Shown in pieces: positions 48,201 through 61,539 of a stretch of DNA of 64,000 bases (position 1 is its first letter; every line of letters begins with the position of its first letter). Source of the DNA: Bilabrum cf. latius (lineage: Eukaryota). Location of the stretch: NCBI GenBank assembly GCA_965178125.1, contig OZ237743.1, positions 992,001 through 1,056,000 on the forward strand, in the 5' to 3' direction. A model generated the notes under the pieces. That model did no database searches. It saw only the letters and a program-made list of their open reading frames with translations, and had not been told where the DNA came from. The translations under genes and the position numbers were made by a program.

Positions 48201-50837
48201 GGAGCAGACAGTGAGCCGACGGATCAGGACACAGACGATGTAGCCATCCTGGCGCAGCTCTTAGGCAGTGCAGGTGCAGCCTCAGAGAGCGGCGACCAAG
48301 GCAGCCAGCCGCCAGCAGAAGAGGGGGAGAAGGAGTACGCCAAGCGGCGCCACGAGACGCTTCGCATGGCCCGCAGGCGCGTGGACGACGGCCTCAGCCG
48401 GCATTTCCGCCAGCAGTTTGGCGTGAGGAAGGGCTCTGCGCAAGATCTCGCGGTGAAGCGGATGGAGATGCCGGCCCACGTCGTGCCCATGTACCCGCAG
48501 ATGAAGGCGCAGCTGGCCAGCAGCATCGGGGCCAAGAAGAGGCTCAAGCTCATGCAGCGACTGGATCAGGCCAAACAAAACATGCAGCGAGAATTGGAGC
48601 CCTACAAAGAAAAGACCGCATCGCAAGCCGCTGAACAAACCGCGGAAGAAGAGGAGCTTGAGGCCCGCAAGCAGGAGATCGCAGCGGCGCTGCAGGCTCG
48701 CATCGACAAGGGAAGGGAAATCATTGCGCGGCAGTTTGCCGGGCAGCGCATGAAAGCACCAGTGGAGATGCAGCACCGCCTGCCGCCGGTTGCAAGCCTC
48801 ACGCCGCCCTCATGCAAGTCAAAGTCGAGGTTCTTCTCGCAGCGGTCCGCGGTACCTCAAGCAGCAGATGCGACGGAGGATCCCGACTCCGACTCCCGCC
48901 AAGTATCTGCCGCTGGCACGGGCACGGCAGCCAGTGGTCTCCCAGAGGGCCCGCAACCTGTTGGGTCCTTCCAAAGGAGAGGCCCCTTGGCGGATCCGGC
49001 CGGTGATGCAGGTGCCAGAAAGGAGCCCCCTGCTTCGGCAGCTGACCATCCTGAAAATGTGCGGCCCACAAGCGCAATGGGCGTGCACGCGACGGGCCAG
49101 CTATCCGCGAGACAGGACTTGACTAGATCGTCTTTGCAGAGCGCATCTAGGACGCGAGCCGCGCCGCTCTCAGCAAAGAGACGGACTGCAGGAGCCGAAA
49201 TAGCTAAGGCCAGGCCTCGTACTGCAGCGGGATTCGGTCCCCGGAGGTCAATCCGGCCAATATCTGGGGGGGCATCCCGAGCAAGCGGTCGTGCTGTTGG
49301 TTCAAGCGATGCTAGTAGGACTGTTGGCCGTGCCCAGGCGGGCCGTCGGTCCAGTCGGTCCAGGCCTGCGACCGCTGGGGCGACTAGGTACAGAGACCAT
49401 ACGCTTGGGTCTAGATCTAGCCGTCGGGATGGTGACCCGCTCGGGTCGGTGCCGAAGGCACCTCGGACCCGGCCAGCAACCGCCTCCGACAAAATCAGGC
49501 AGCAGGCGCAGTTCTGTCTGGATCTGGCAGCGCAAAGCGGGCCTGGTCTCGATGGAGCTATAGACAGCTTGGGCAGCCCCTGGGGCAGCGTGTCAGCGTC
49601 GATGCAGGACGCGGTCGGCATCGGTGGAGAGGGCGGTTCTGCAGACAGAAGGCATGCCGGGGATAGTAACCCAACTAGTGAACCAAAATCAAGCACTGAT
49701 GTTGGTGCCGTTGACGCACCCGCCCATGTTGACGGTCCCACCAGTCCGCCGCCGCGCACCGGCAGCAAGTCAGGGAGGACAGAGTCACCGAGCGGCGAGG
49801 ACTCAATCCAAGGTACTGTCCCCGCCGCAGAGGGCCCAGCCGTGGTGACGCCCATGCGGCTCGCAACACAGCAAACGACAGGAAAATCGAACGAAGCGTC
49901 TGTCGTTGCACCGGAAGAGAAGGGTATCGTTAGGGGACAAGACGATCGGTTGCCGACGGCGAGGCGCGGCAGGTCCGACGGCAGGATCGGCGGCCTGCTG
50001 GGGCAGCTCCGGGTAGACTGCGCACAGGAAGATGAGGGAGACAAGACCCATGGCGCATCGCATGAACAGGGCAAGCGCAAGGCACCGAAGAGGCTCAAGC
50101 CGCTCTCCATGGGCAGCAAGTCGCTCCTCATGGGCAGCAAGGGAGCGCCTGGCACGGCTGGCTAGGGCACTGGTGCCGGCGGCGGGACGGTGCTTGGTTT
50201 TGGTCTTTTGTCAGGCGCGGGAATCGACCTCGAGGACGACGAGGGGCTCTCGGCGCTTCTGGAGGCGGGGAGGAGACAGACAGCCAAGCAGACAGAGCAC
50301 CTGCGGGGGCTGCGGCGGGCCCGCAGTGCGGCGCGGCGCCGGGGTCCTGCGGAACCGGTATGTAGGCCTGCGAGCGCGGCCGCGTCGACCGGCAGATCCA
50401 GATCCAGCAGGAGGAAATCGTCGTCCAGTGCGTCGGCAGCGAGCGAATCAAAGCAGTCGCAGGGCAAAGACAAGCTGCCGAAGGTGTTCGGAGGGGTCAC
50501 CCGGGCGCAGGTTCGATCCCTGGTGAGGCTGTTTGACAGGATGGACAGGGACGGGTCCGGGGAGGTGGACATCGCCGAGACGCTTACCTCCGGGGCCTTT
50601 ACGGTGGGGGCGAGCTCGATGGTGGCCAAGAGCATTTTCAGGGCGCTTGACAAGGACAAGAGCGAGACGGTCAGCCTCAACGAGCTGCTGCACGTTGCGT
50701 TCGGGTCAGTGTCCAAGGAGCACAGGCGGGACATCATCAAGTATGCCAGCCGCGTGCGTGGCGAGCAGAAAGAAGCCAGGGAGGTCATGCTAGAAATTGC
50801 CAGGATCCCGGCTCCTGGTCGCCCGAGGCACGACTGA
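42255..50837 (+). CDS. Giant EF-hand plus WD40-repeat protein, WDR49/EFCAB8-like, ~2800 aa (introns 42448-42545, 42698-42800)
   Basis: LFDRIDQDGGGSLDWDEFTTF; WD repeats (AGSMDTNIYVY, TASWDREIRVY, SGAADGTVRVW, TGDMQGKIKVWD, SCSPDRSVRVW); C-terminal DRDGSGEVD and DKDKSETVS EF-hands. Seven track ORFs in one frame, ~12 TAGs; ends TGA. Confidence 0.85.
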
Positions 50838-50952
50838 CACGGACCGATGGTCCATCGCCGATCATCGGTTCACCGCATTGCGTGCACTTTTTAGCAATAT
50901 CGCACTACCAATTGATACACTCTTGCGGTCGAAACAAAGCAACGCTCTGCAA

Positions 50953-52884
50953 ATGGACGCATCAATCACCCAAACATAGAAGCGAAAGGGGAAGGGGCCG
51001 GGCTTGGGCGACTCCGATGCATCGTTTTTGCCTGGGGGACCGAGACGACTGGTTGCTGCCGTCCGAAAGGAGCAGGAACGCGAAGCCAAGAAGGCTGCGA
51101 AGCAAGTACGCGAACAGAGGCGAGCTCAGCGCATGAAAGCAAAGCAGCTAGGGGCGGAGAAGGCAGCAGCGGATTCGTTAGCAAAAAGGACATCAGTTGC
51201 TGCAGAGGCAGCCAGACTGACTGGTGCAAGCCTATTTGCACGTGATTCAGCTGCATCTCAGACCCTTGACGTAATCACTAGGCCGGATTCAAGCTATTTA
51301 AAGGAGGAAGAGCAGACGGCTGAATCGTAGGAGCAGCCTTTGGCTGCATCAGCACTGTCGAGCTCCCAAGAGCTTCCTGAGAAAGCGTCAGCCTCAGCCG
51401 AAACGAAGGCTTCGGAGCCGTCATCTCGTGAAGAGCGGGTGAAATTAGCGAGGGCAGCGCTTGATGCAGGTTGGCAAGCCATGAAGCTGTGGCAGACGAA
51501 AAAAACTAGCTCCGAGGCATCCAGCGGCGCCGGTGCTGCCGACCTGAAAGAGGCCTACGTGCAGTATTCGTCAAGCTGCAAGTCAGCTGGGGAGTTGCTT
51601 AAAAATGCAGACGCTGCCCAATCTGACCGAGACGAGTGGCGTGGCATCCGCATGGCCGCGCTCATCGGCAAGGGAGAAGCAGCCGTCGGCGGGAACCGCC
51701 TTGAGCTCGCGCAGACTGCGTACAGCCAGGCCATGGCAGACGCCCGCGCACTTCGAAACAAGGGTGCCCTGCTGCGAGCATTGCGTGGTTTTGCAGCCGT
51801 GGCGCAGCGCCGAGGCGATTTGGAGAACGCGCGAGAGGCCTTGGCTCTGCTCAGGCAGATGCTGCCGTCTGCCGAAAAAAAGGGCACTGGGAAAATGGGC
51901 ACTGCGGCTGGCAGAGCTGATCCTGCTACTACTGCTGCTTCTGGCTCTACTTCTGGCGAGGAACAGCCCGACTAGGACACGGAGGCGGGCAAGGCAAAGG
52001 GAAAGGGGGAGGAGGGTGCTGCTGCTGCAGACCCCACCTCCTCCTCCTCCTCCTCCACTATCTCCTCCTCGTCCCCAGGACAAGCACACGATGCAGATAA
52101 CAAGGCGGGCTCATCTCCAGCTGCCGCTCTAAACTCGCTGCAGTAGGCCAGGAACGCATGCCCGCCCGAGGATCTCGCCGCGGGCCAGGCCGTGGTCAGG
52201 CAGCTTCTCGAGGGATCCGTTTCCGCTGGGGGGGTGGGGGAACAGATGAAGGGGTTCACGCAGCTGTCCTCTCTGCTTGACAGAGCACTGCAAGGCGATG
52301 CATCAAGCCGTCGGCGCGCTGTGCTGGGCGAGGAGCCGCGTCTGAAGCTCGGTGTGCTGCACGCGCTGGCACTGTGTTCCTCGGCTGAAACCCAGACGGT
52401 GGGGTTCGGGACCACCCCTACGGCTGGAGAACAACCGGCGGTGGGGCTGGCCAGGAGGGTGGTTGCGGCGGCGAGGGGGGCGGGGCTTGTGGGGCCGGGG
52501 GTGCCGGCCGCGGCGTCTGGCGCTGGTGCGGGCGAGTCTGCTGGAGTGGACGAGGGCAAGGGCAAAGGTAAGGGCAAGGGGGCATCGAACCCGGCACTTG
52601 CAGGCGGCACCGCGCAATTGGCAGCGGAGCTTATCGAGGACAAGGATGCCCTCGGCTGCACCCCTCTGTACCTGTCCATGGCACGAGGCAAGCGAGCCTT
52701 CGCTGAGGCTTTGCTTCGGCTGGGCGCGTCGATCGAGGGGGCGGCTGTGCCCAAGGGGGCGGCGACTGCCCCGAGTAGCGGTGGATCTGGGGGTGAATTG
52801 AAGCTGCCGCCCATGGATGCTGGCGTGGTGGCCGCTGTGAAGGCCTGGCAAAAGGGTGGCATGGACGGGCCGCTAAGACTATGA
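50953..52884 (+). CDS. TPR-like plus ankyrin-repeat protein
   Basis: ALIGKGEAAV..AQTAYSQAM (TPR-like); DKDALGCTPLYLSMARGKRAFAEALLRLGASIE (ankyrin). Three ORFs in one frame, 4 TAGs; ends TGA. Confidence 0.7.
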
Positions 52885-53087
52885 TGACGCGAACACTGCC
52901 ATGGTCTCTCGCCACAAAGGGCGACCTCACTACGCGCGCTACGCGGAACACGCGGTTCTCGGGGATACGGTTGAACATCACGCCACGCCCAGTCCTGGGT
53001 CATCTTCTTCAAATTGCCGAAAGTTCGCTCGGTCGTCCCGTTCATGCACCGTCATTTCGACACCAACACACTCTCGAATACGCGAAT

Positions 53088-56069
53088 ATGTCTTCAAAAC
53101 AGCTCTAGATACTGCACTTTAATGATGTGTACAATCTTCCTGATTCGGAGCACGAGCCAGTCGGCAGTGTGGCACGATTTGCGTCGCTCTTGAATCAGCT
53201 TCGTAGGGCAAGTGGACCCGTCCCAACGATTACTCTGTTTAGCGGAGATTGCATGTTTCCATCTCTATTGTCCACCGAGGTACGGAAACTGGTTACCGTT
53301 TTTTCATACCCTATCCGATACAATCATTTGTGTTGGCCTCTTGGCGAGTAAACTACCGCAGACTCTGGGACACCACATGGCCCCTGTAATGGCTGGACTT
53401 GAGGTTGATTGCGCTGTTTGCGGCAATCATGGTAAGTTTGATAGTCTCATTACATTTTGTAGCCCGTTGTATGGTTGATGGCGTTTCGAGCCAGGTACAT
53501 CGATAGCTTGCTGCTGCTACCCGAGATTTCGGACAACGCAGAGTTTGACGCCGGAGTAGAGGCTTTCGAAGACGTTGTGGAGCATGGTGGATTCCCTTGG
53601 GTTCTTTCCAACGTCTTTGACGCCCATACTGGTGCGACTTTTGCGGGATGCAAGGAATTCGTCGTTCTCGAAAAGGATCGCGTTCTCGGGGACGGCACCA
53701 CGGACACCATACGCGTTGGGCTCATCGGGCTCGCCGAGAAAGGCTGGTTCGAGCTCCTTGGCTACGTATCGATCGAAGACGTATCCGTGAAAGATTTCGT
53801 GGAGGTTGCAAGAACCCTCGGCGCGACACTTCGAGACGAGCACAAGTGTGATGTGGTGATCGCGCTCACCCACATGCTCACCGAGCCGAACGATCTCAGG
53901 CTAGCCAGGGAATGCCCGGAAATCGACATGGTGTTAGGCGGACACGACCATAACTCGGAGGACCGAGCGAGGGGGCGTCCTCTGTGGGTGCAGCGGCAGA
54001 GGCCGTTCGACGACGAGTACCGAAAGGAAATGGCCGAAAGGGCTGGCAATGCTGCTGCTGCCGACTCGGAGTCGACATCAGAGGGAGTCTATCCTGGTGT
54101 ACCCCCATGGGTGAGGGCCTGCTGCTTCGGTGGGGCCACCACTCGTCACATCGCGGGCCGCGGCAACGAGCCAGAGGTGGTGCTTGCGGCTGCCGTGTGT
54201 GGGGATGAAAGCGACGCTGCCGGTGCTGGTGCTACTGGTGATGATGATGGTGGGGTTGCTGTGAAAGCAGACGAGCTAGGTGGTCGGTTCATTTAGTCGG
54301 ATTGGGACTTCAAGGGGCTGACTAAGGTGGACGTTTTGGTGGAAGAGGTTCCAGCGGGCAGTGCCAGGGTCAGGGGTGCCAGTGCCGGGGACGGCGAAGG
54401 CCGTGACGCAGGCACAGCCGGTGCAGCTGCCAGTGGTGGGGACACGAAATGCACTCGTCACACCGCAATCACGATCCGCACGGAGCATTACGAGGTGCAC
54501 TCCGGCGTGCCGATGGACGAATCCCTTTCCGCACTGACGTCACACTTCATGGACGACCTGCACAAGCGACTCAGCGCGGTGGTGGGCGAGACCGCGGTCC
54601 CCCTCGAGACCCGGGCCTTCTACCTGAGGCCCATGGAGACTCCCACTGGCAACTGGGTGGCGGATCGTATGCGTGAGGCTGTGCACGCCGACTGCGCCGT
54701 CATGATCGCGGGTGCTCTCAGGGGCACCGCCCCCCTGGAGCCGGGACCCCTCCGCCTGGAGGACGTCATCAACCTGCACCCCGATAACGACGGCGTCGTG
54801 AAGATCAGGGTGTCGGGCAAGGTGCTCTTGGCCGCGCTGGAGAACGGTGTCAGGTACTGGCCCGGGCCCGCCGGGAGATTTCCTTGCGTGAGCGGGATCC
54901 GGTTCGCCTTTGACGGGTCCAAACCGGAGCTAGAAAGAGTGGAAAGCGAGTCTGTGGAAGTCAATGGGAAACCGCTCGAGCTGGATGGGAGCTACACGGT
55001 TGCAACCAAGCCATACGTTGCGGAGGGCAACGACGGCTACGTGTGCTTTGAGGGCGCAGACGTTCTGATCGACGAGGAGCACGCCCTGCCCGTACAGCAG
55101 ATCCTCCGAAACCACCTCCGAGCACTGGCCGCGCTCAACGGGCTCGCCCACTCGAGGCAGCTGCACCGCAGCACGCTTCGGAGGATCCGGAGACAGAAAG
55201 AGGAGGCCATGCGGCTGGCCACAGAGGCGAGGGCATGTCAAGTGGCGGCGCGGGCACGGGCCAGTGCCAGTGCCAGTGCCAGTGCCAGATCCGGTGTGAC
55301 GACTGAGGGAGGCTCTGCGGGCGCGGCGGGTGATGTCAGGGAATAGGGAAGTCCGTCTGCGTCTGGTGCTGGGATTGGAGCCGGGGCTGGCGGGGCTGGC
55401 GCTGACGAGGTGCCCCCCATGTCAGCGCTAGTGCGCGAGGCCACGCTGCAGATCGAGTTGGAGATGCAGCAGCACACGGAGGTCGCGGCCAGGCGGAGGA
55501 AGGAGGTGGCCGAGGCAGGCAATGCGTACGATGCCCCGTTTGGGGTGGGGAAGGGGTACGGTGCGGGTGCAGTGCATGGTGGTGCAGGTAATCGTGCCTC
55601 GGGTATGGCCGGGGCGGCAGCTGGGGAGCGGGACGATCACCATCATCACGCGGAGCACGGTGTGGTGCATCGCATTGCAGCGCAAGAGGACCCCAGTCCC
55701 GAGTCTTTATCTCCTGCCCCCGCTGCTGCTGGTTCAGGCGACAGCAGCACGGATGCGGCTCTCAAAGAGTCCGCCGTCGATCCCGCGATCCACGGAAAGC
55801 TCCTCGGTATCCTGGGCCGGATCCGAGCTGGCAAGCGGCTTGGCCACGAGAAGGCTCACGAGGCGCATGCTGCATCTGGCTCCAAGCACGAGGAAACGGA
55901 AGCGAAGGCCGTACGGGGCAGCCGTGGCGGGTCATCTGCTATGGGTAGCGCATCGGGTGGCTTGCATGCCGGTGCGCCGCTGTTTCAGGTGCACCCGGTG
56001 GTGGAGGGTCGCATCGTCATTGCAGGTGGCATGGATCAGTGGGAGGAGCAGAAGGTGAAGTGCACGTGA
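53088..56069 (+). CDS. 5'-nucleotidase/apyrase-family metallophosphoesterase (introns 53280-53361, 53432-53541)
   Basis: L*ILHFNDVY, FSGDCMFPS, GNH|EFD after splicing, ALTHM, LGGHDH, ETPTGNWVAD, GRFPCVSG, GNDGY. TAGs at 53106, 54294, 55344; ends TGA. Confidence 0.9.
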
Positions 56070-56318
56070 TATAGCCATGTCTCAAGAACGCGTGTAGCAA
56101 TTGGTCGTAGTCTTCTATGGGTCGCCGTACGAATATAAAGCCCTGCTAGTCCGTGCCAGCTCTAGTGCCACTCGCTCCGACGCTGGACTCGGAGCAGTTG
56201 TCCACCCGATCCGGCTGGTCAAAATTTCCCGAGCCATGTCACATTCTCACATATCTGTGTGAAGATCTGGAGCCATCATCATTGATTTGATTGCTAAGTC
56301 TCAATCGTTTCCGAGGGC

Positions 56319-58955
56319 ATGTCTACTCCCTGCCGCGTTATTGCATGCAGCCTATGGAAGGGCTCAGAGGACGAGCCGGAGGACCTGGTATCAGCTATCC
56401 CTGTTTCTGTGCAGCATGCTATGACAGGGTTTTTCGACCAGCCATTGGTAGTTATTCAAGTGCAAGGTCCTGCACGGAGTGGTAAGAGCACCTTCATGCG
56501 GCTTATCGGGGGATGGCTAGCTCGTTGCCCGGGGTTGACCAGTGCGGATTGCGTAGAGGTCTGGGACAAAATGGTCGGGGCTTTCTCAGTAAATGCAATT
56601 CCATGCGAAGGAGGCCAGCACTGGCACCCAAAAGAAGAGGTATCGGAGACAGTGTCGGGCACCAGGGTGCTGAATGCGTTCGGCGTGTCCCACGAGGGCG
56701 AGCCGTGCACCAAGGGTGCCGACGGGTGCTTCCTCGCGATGCCTGCTGGCACTTTTGGCAGGCGCAAGCCGTTCGTTGTGCTACTCATTGACTGTGAAGG
56801 TACCGGTGACCAGGATGACGAGTATGACAGCAAGCTCATGCTGCCAGGGCTCGTCTTCAGCGGAGGCGGAGCGGCGATCGTGCGGACGGCACAAAAAGGA
56901 CTTGTGCATGCATCGCTGGACCAGCTGAGCCACGTCGTGGAGGCCGTCAAGCTGTACCAGAGCGCATTCAACGCAAGTGGTGGCGAGGAAACTGAGGCAG
57001 ATCCTGGTGCTGACCCGTAGGCAGCGCGTGGGGGTGCCGCTGAGCAGGAGGACCCCCGGGCCGCTGGTCAACAGGCACCCAAACTGGGCGCAGCCGTGCT
57101 TCTATGCAACGACTACAGCCTGGCGATGGCACCGGGCCAGTCCATCGAGGGAATGGAGTCGGATGTATTTGACGTTGAGTACCCTCGTTCTGGCAAGAAG
57201 CTATCTCGGAAGCAGTCAAGGGCCAATGAGAAGAGGGAGCTGCTGCAGAGCGCGTTCCGCACGCTGCACCGGTGCACAACAGAGCCGCCTGGGGATGGGA
57301 GGTAGCGTCCGTGCAACTGCGATGCCATGATGTCGGATCTAAAAGCGCTCGCAAGGCGTGTACTCCGGCCGATCCTGCAGGACGAGACGCCCCGCTGCGT
57401 GTTCGGGCATTCCGGCCTGCCGCTCACAGTGGGCACTCTCTTCAATCTGCTGCCGTCAGTGGTTGAAGCTGCTTCGGCATCTGACCTGCGCGTTCCCTCG
57501 ATGCTAGAAGGGGCGAAAGCTCGTGGAATCCAGCTCGTGGCAAGCAAGTCAAAGGCGGCAGCCAGCGCTGCTTTGCTCGCTGCTCGGAGCCTCTGCGATG
57601 TTGACAGCGCGTGGCGCATCACTCGAGACGCTGTTCCGCTGTGCATTGAAGCAGCGAGATCTGCAATTGACCGAGTTGTGCACGATACGCTGAGAACCGT
57701 GCCAATCTGCAGGGGTAGTGATGGTGTAGAAAAAACCAAAAGGGAGGCACATGAGTCACTGGTCGAGATCAACGCAATCCTCATGAGGCACCTCGAACGT
57801 GTAGCTAAACACCACGAGGAGGCTGGCGCAGCACTGGTCCTGCAGGCTGCGAGCAACCTCCCAATTCCTGGTGCTGATGCTACGGAGCGGAGCAAACAAG
57901 CCCTGTAGCAATAGACTGACGCGCTGCCCGACGTGCTGTCGTCCATGACAGACGACGAGCTCGCGGCCTCCGTCGAGGTATTCAAAGGCATGACGGATTA
58001 GGCAGCGGCGGCGCTCAGGAGCAGTACAACCGATGGCGAGGAGGGTCCTTTGCATGCTATGTACAATAAAGTGCACGGTGACGTGGCGAGGCAAGCCGAT
58101 GCTGCCATTGCGCGCGCCACGTCGGATATTGGGCACACATTGACGCGGGATGCAGCTCAGGAATTTGCGGCAACGTTGCGGAGCGGTGTGTCTGGGGAAT
58201 CGCCATCTGGAGATGAACGCTGCGATGGGAATCCTGACTAGAACCCAGCTGCTGCGGGGCCCAGCGATCCTGCAGATGTGTTGGTGCCACATCTCGAGCA
58301 ACTGGTCATGTGCCACCCGGCCGGGCCCATAACGCAGCAGGGGCTGTTGGAGGTCGTGGGTCTGGTTCCAGTGGCAAGAAGCGACCAAGCAGATGAATCG
58401 ACACCCGATGGGGAGTAGTTGATTGGTCAAGTGCGAACGTTGCTGGAGCATCGAGCCATGCGACTTCTGCAAGAGCAGAAATCCGTGCACATGCGAGCCT
58501 ACAGGCTGCATGCCAGGCTTGCCGATGAAACTACATAGCGACAGAGGGCCAAAGAGATGAGAAAACAGCGTGCAGCAGCAGAAGCGAAATTCCGGGCCGA
58601 GGCAAGGGCTAGAGAGGCAAGCGAGGAGAAAGCCAGATTGATGCAGGAGCAGCTTTCCAAGCTTCAGAATGCCGCAAATAGGCGAGCTGCGCTGGATGAG
58701 CTTCACAGGCTGCGGGGGATCCATGCCGCTGTCAAGAAGCCCGAAGGATTGGTTAAATTACTATTTCCAGGTAGTGACTTTGCATGGCTACGTGCACAGG
58801 GGTGTGTCCGAGCTATAGATGGCGGGATTGCCTTCGTCCGCGCCCAGCCCGATGGCGAGGTACTAGAGGCCAAAGGAGATGCAGAGAAGGTAGGCGGTGG
58901 AAAGGGCAAATGTGTAGCTGTGTCCACAGCATCTCGGGGGTGGGTATACTTCTGA
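56319..58955 (+). CDS. Guanylate-binding protein/atlastin-like large GTPase
   Basis: GPARSGKST (G1), PCTKG (G2), LIDCEG (G3), LLCNDYSL (G4-like), helical C-terminus. Five ORFs in one frame, 8 TAGs; ends TGA. Confidence 0.8.
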
Positions 58956-59707
58956 GAGTGGTGCCTTGCTACATTCGCACTCCAGGATAGCTATTCAGTC
59001 CGTGAGGTAGAATGAGTTCTTGCCACTCTCAGGCACTTGCTGGCTGAGATAGCGCGTTGGACTGAGTGCTTGAGCAAGTTGATGAGAAGTCGCGCGGAAT
59101 TCGTATAATGTGGAGATTGAGTAGGAATACTGGGCTGGTTACAGCTCGCAAACTCAGGATAGAGCGCTTTGCCCAGTCTAGCGGTGCGCCATCATGATTG
59201 TTCGCCACGAACATGGTCAGATCCAGACTTCGGAATCCAGATATGAGCAGCACATCCAGGGATGCTGCATTGAATAAGAATGGAAAGAACAAACAATACC
59301 ACTAGCAAATTGTTTTGGGCGATTATCAATCATGCCATTCCAATGCTGGATAGGCAGTCTCGTGCGGCCGTGTGCACGACCTGCACAGAAGTTGCTGCGG
59401 GTGGGCAACCACGTGTACTGCCAACCAGGCGAAGAATAAACAGACGAATTTAGCTTGTAGGAGTAGAGTGACACATAATGTAGGGCTGGGTCGCCCATCA
59501 CCTGGAGATGACGACGTTCCCCGGTCCAGTTCACGAAGAGACACGTGTCGTCTTGCCGCACGACCGAGCAGCAAGTTATTGAACCTAGACTACAGATCAG
59601 ATTTGTTCCTTCAACCACACCCATTGGCTCATCTTCACGGCTGCTGCAAACCCCACTGGTTGGCAGTTACCAAAAAGAAAAATTCCTGCCCCCGGTCCCG
59701 CGGACCC

Positions 59708-60190
59708 ACTGGGCTTCACCCCGAACGACTGGTTCTTCACCGGTCCACCTGAATGCGGTATTCATCTGACACTACGAATGTACACACCACTTTCCCCATG
59801 CACCCGACTGGCCTCGTCGCCACATGGCTTCCTGTTCCTGTTTCCCGCCCTAGGGACCGTGTGCTTTGCTCCCAGCATCGCCACCTTGGCCCTATCCTTT
59901 CAGCTTGCACGCGCCGGTCCTGGCCGACCTGCCGTGCGCCCCATCTGTCCACCCACCTGTTGGCCTTCTGCGTGCTGCTGGCCATGCAGTCCGCTGCCAC
60001 CCGCGTCTCCCTCGTGCATTGCAACTGGAGCCCCCATTCCTCCCGTTGTGTTCTCCCTGTTGACACCGCACTGTCGTCGCCTGTGCCGGTGTCCCCCTCT
60101 TCTTCTCCACCTCCTGTCCTCCCACCTCGTCTTCCGTCTCACCTCTGCTCCCCGTTGCTTCAATCCTGATGTCCGAGTACATATAACAAG
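59708..60190 (+). repeat. Dispersed pyrimidine-rich repeat, probably mobile-element derived
   Basis: Homologous in inverted orientation to 29350..29678; sits between homologous segments of the F-box-like pseudogene. Confidence 0.75.
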
Positions 60191-60786
60191 ACTACGAGCA
60201 GCTTCGCGCAGTTGGTACGCATGACTCAGACAGATGGGGCTGTGACTTTGCCATGGAGAGTTGTCTGGCATCCGGTCGAGCCATCCGCTGCCTGGCGATC
60301 GCACCCACGAGTCGGGCAACTGGATCGCCGCAGGCGTATGACTACCGGTACAAGGATGAAACTGGCGACGTACGGAGATATGCCATGGCTCTCGTTGCAA
60401 AGCAGTGCGACCCGGTGAGACCATATTTTCAAGAAGATACAATTGGGTGGCATATTCTTGGTTGCCCAACAAGCGTTCCAGCCCTATGCATGGGCGCTAT
60501 CATAGGTGCACTACTTTATGAGTTCCAGCCACCAGTTGATTTGCAGAGGCAATTGCACCAGCAGTGGCTGCCAAACACTACCCGAGAGCAGGATTAAGCC
60601 GAACAAGATGAAGCTGAAGAAGGACGATTTACCTGGCCAAGCTCGCCTCGACTGACCCACCTTGCCCTTGGATTTGCCATCCCAGGGATCGTTCAAGTTG
60701 CGGCCCTGCGCGAGCTGCTTGGAGCACAGCCCATCCGCCCAGGAAATGACAAAGCCATGCCTGACGACCCACACCTTTGCCAGGGC

Positions 60787-61162
60787 CTCCGCACACTGGT
60801 GCTACCCGCCTCGCGCACATGGAGAGACGCCCAGGCCCAGGCTCATCTGCTGTCCTTATGCCCTCGGTTGATCGCTCTGAGAGCAGTGAGGCTGCCGTTC
60901 AGGGCGGTGCGACTCCCATTCGACTTAGAGCAGAGAGGAGAGCTATGGTACTGGAAGAACAACCCCGTGGCGCGCAAGGGGCGGTACAGACCGCGTTGGT
61001 GGGATGCCTCCGGATACATGAAGGGACAGGCAGTTAACCAGGTCATTGAAGCTGCCTCCCGCTGGGTATGCACGGTGCTGGACAGCTGCCCAGAGCTCCG
61101 CTGCCTTAGCCTGCCAGGCATGGCACCGGAGGGCGCGGTTGGTGTGCTGCATGGCGTGCTGA
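60787..61162 (+). repeat. Near-identical duplicate of 63625..64000
   Basis: ctccgcacactggtgctacccgcc...ggcgtgctga occurs at both positions, offset 2838 bp, with few substitutions. Confidence 0.92.
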
Positions 61163-61539
61163 GCAGGTGGGGCAGGTATCTTTGCAGGAGGGCAATGGAG
61201 AGACCCATCCACATGAACTGCCCGCGCGGGAAGATCGCCCCCCTACCTCTGGAGCCGGTGCAGATGACCCCCCATTACCTACGTCTCGCGGGTGTTCAGC
61301 CCACATGCATGGGAATGTGGTCTTCGGATCGCAGGCCGTGCTATGCAGGATATCGGGAGTGGCATTAGGGTCAGCACGTTTAGACCGGCCCTTGGCCTAC
61401 AGCCCCGTCGAGCTGCAAAAGATGAGTGCGGCATCTACGCGATTGCAGAGAGTGGTGAGGGACGCTATTTAGGCAACAGGGGGGACGGTGTTGATGCTGC
61501 GAAGTGCAGCGCGGCGCAAGCGTCTTGCGAAAAAGCAAT

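Larger units (their letters stand above)
59280..61425 (+). pseudogene. Disrupted F-box-like/LRR-like paralogue of the 62476 gene
   Basis: AIINHAIPMLDRQSRAAVCTTC, QLRAVG..GRAIRCLAI and LRTLVLPASRTW match the intact paralogue. Broken by TGA (~59469), a repeat insertion (59.7-60.2 kb) and TAA 60595. Confidence 0.6.
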
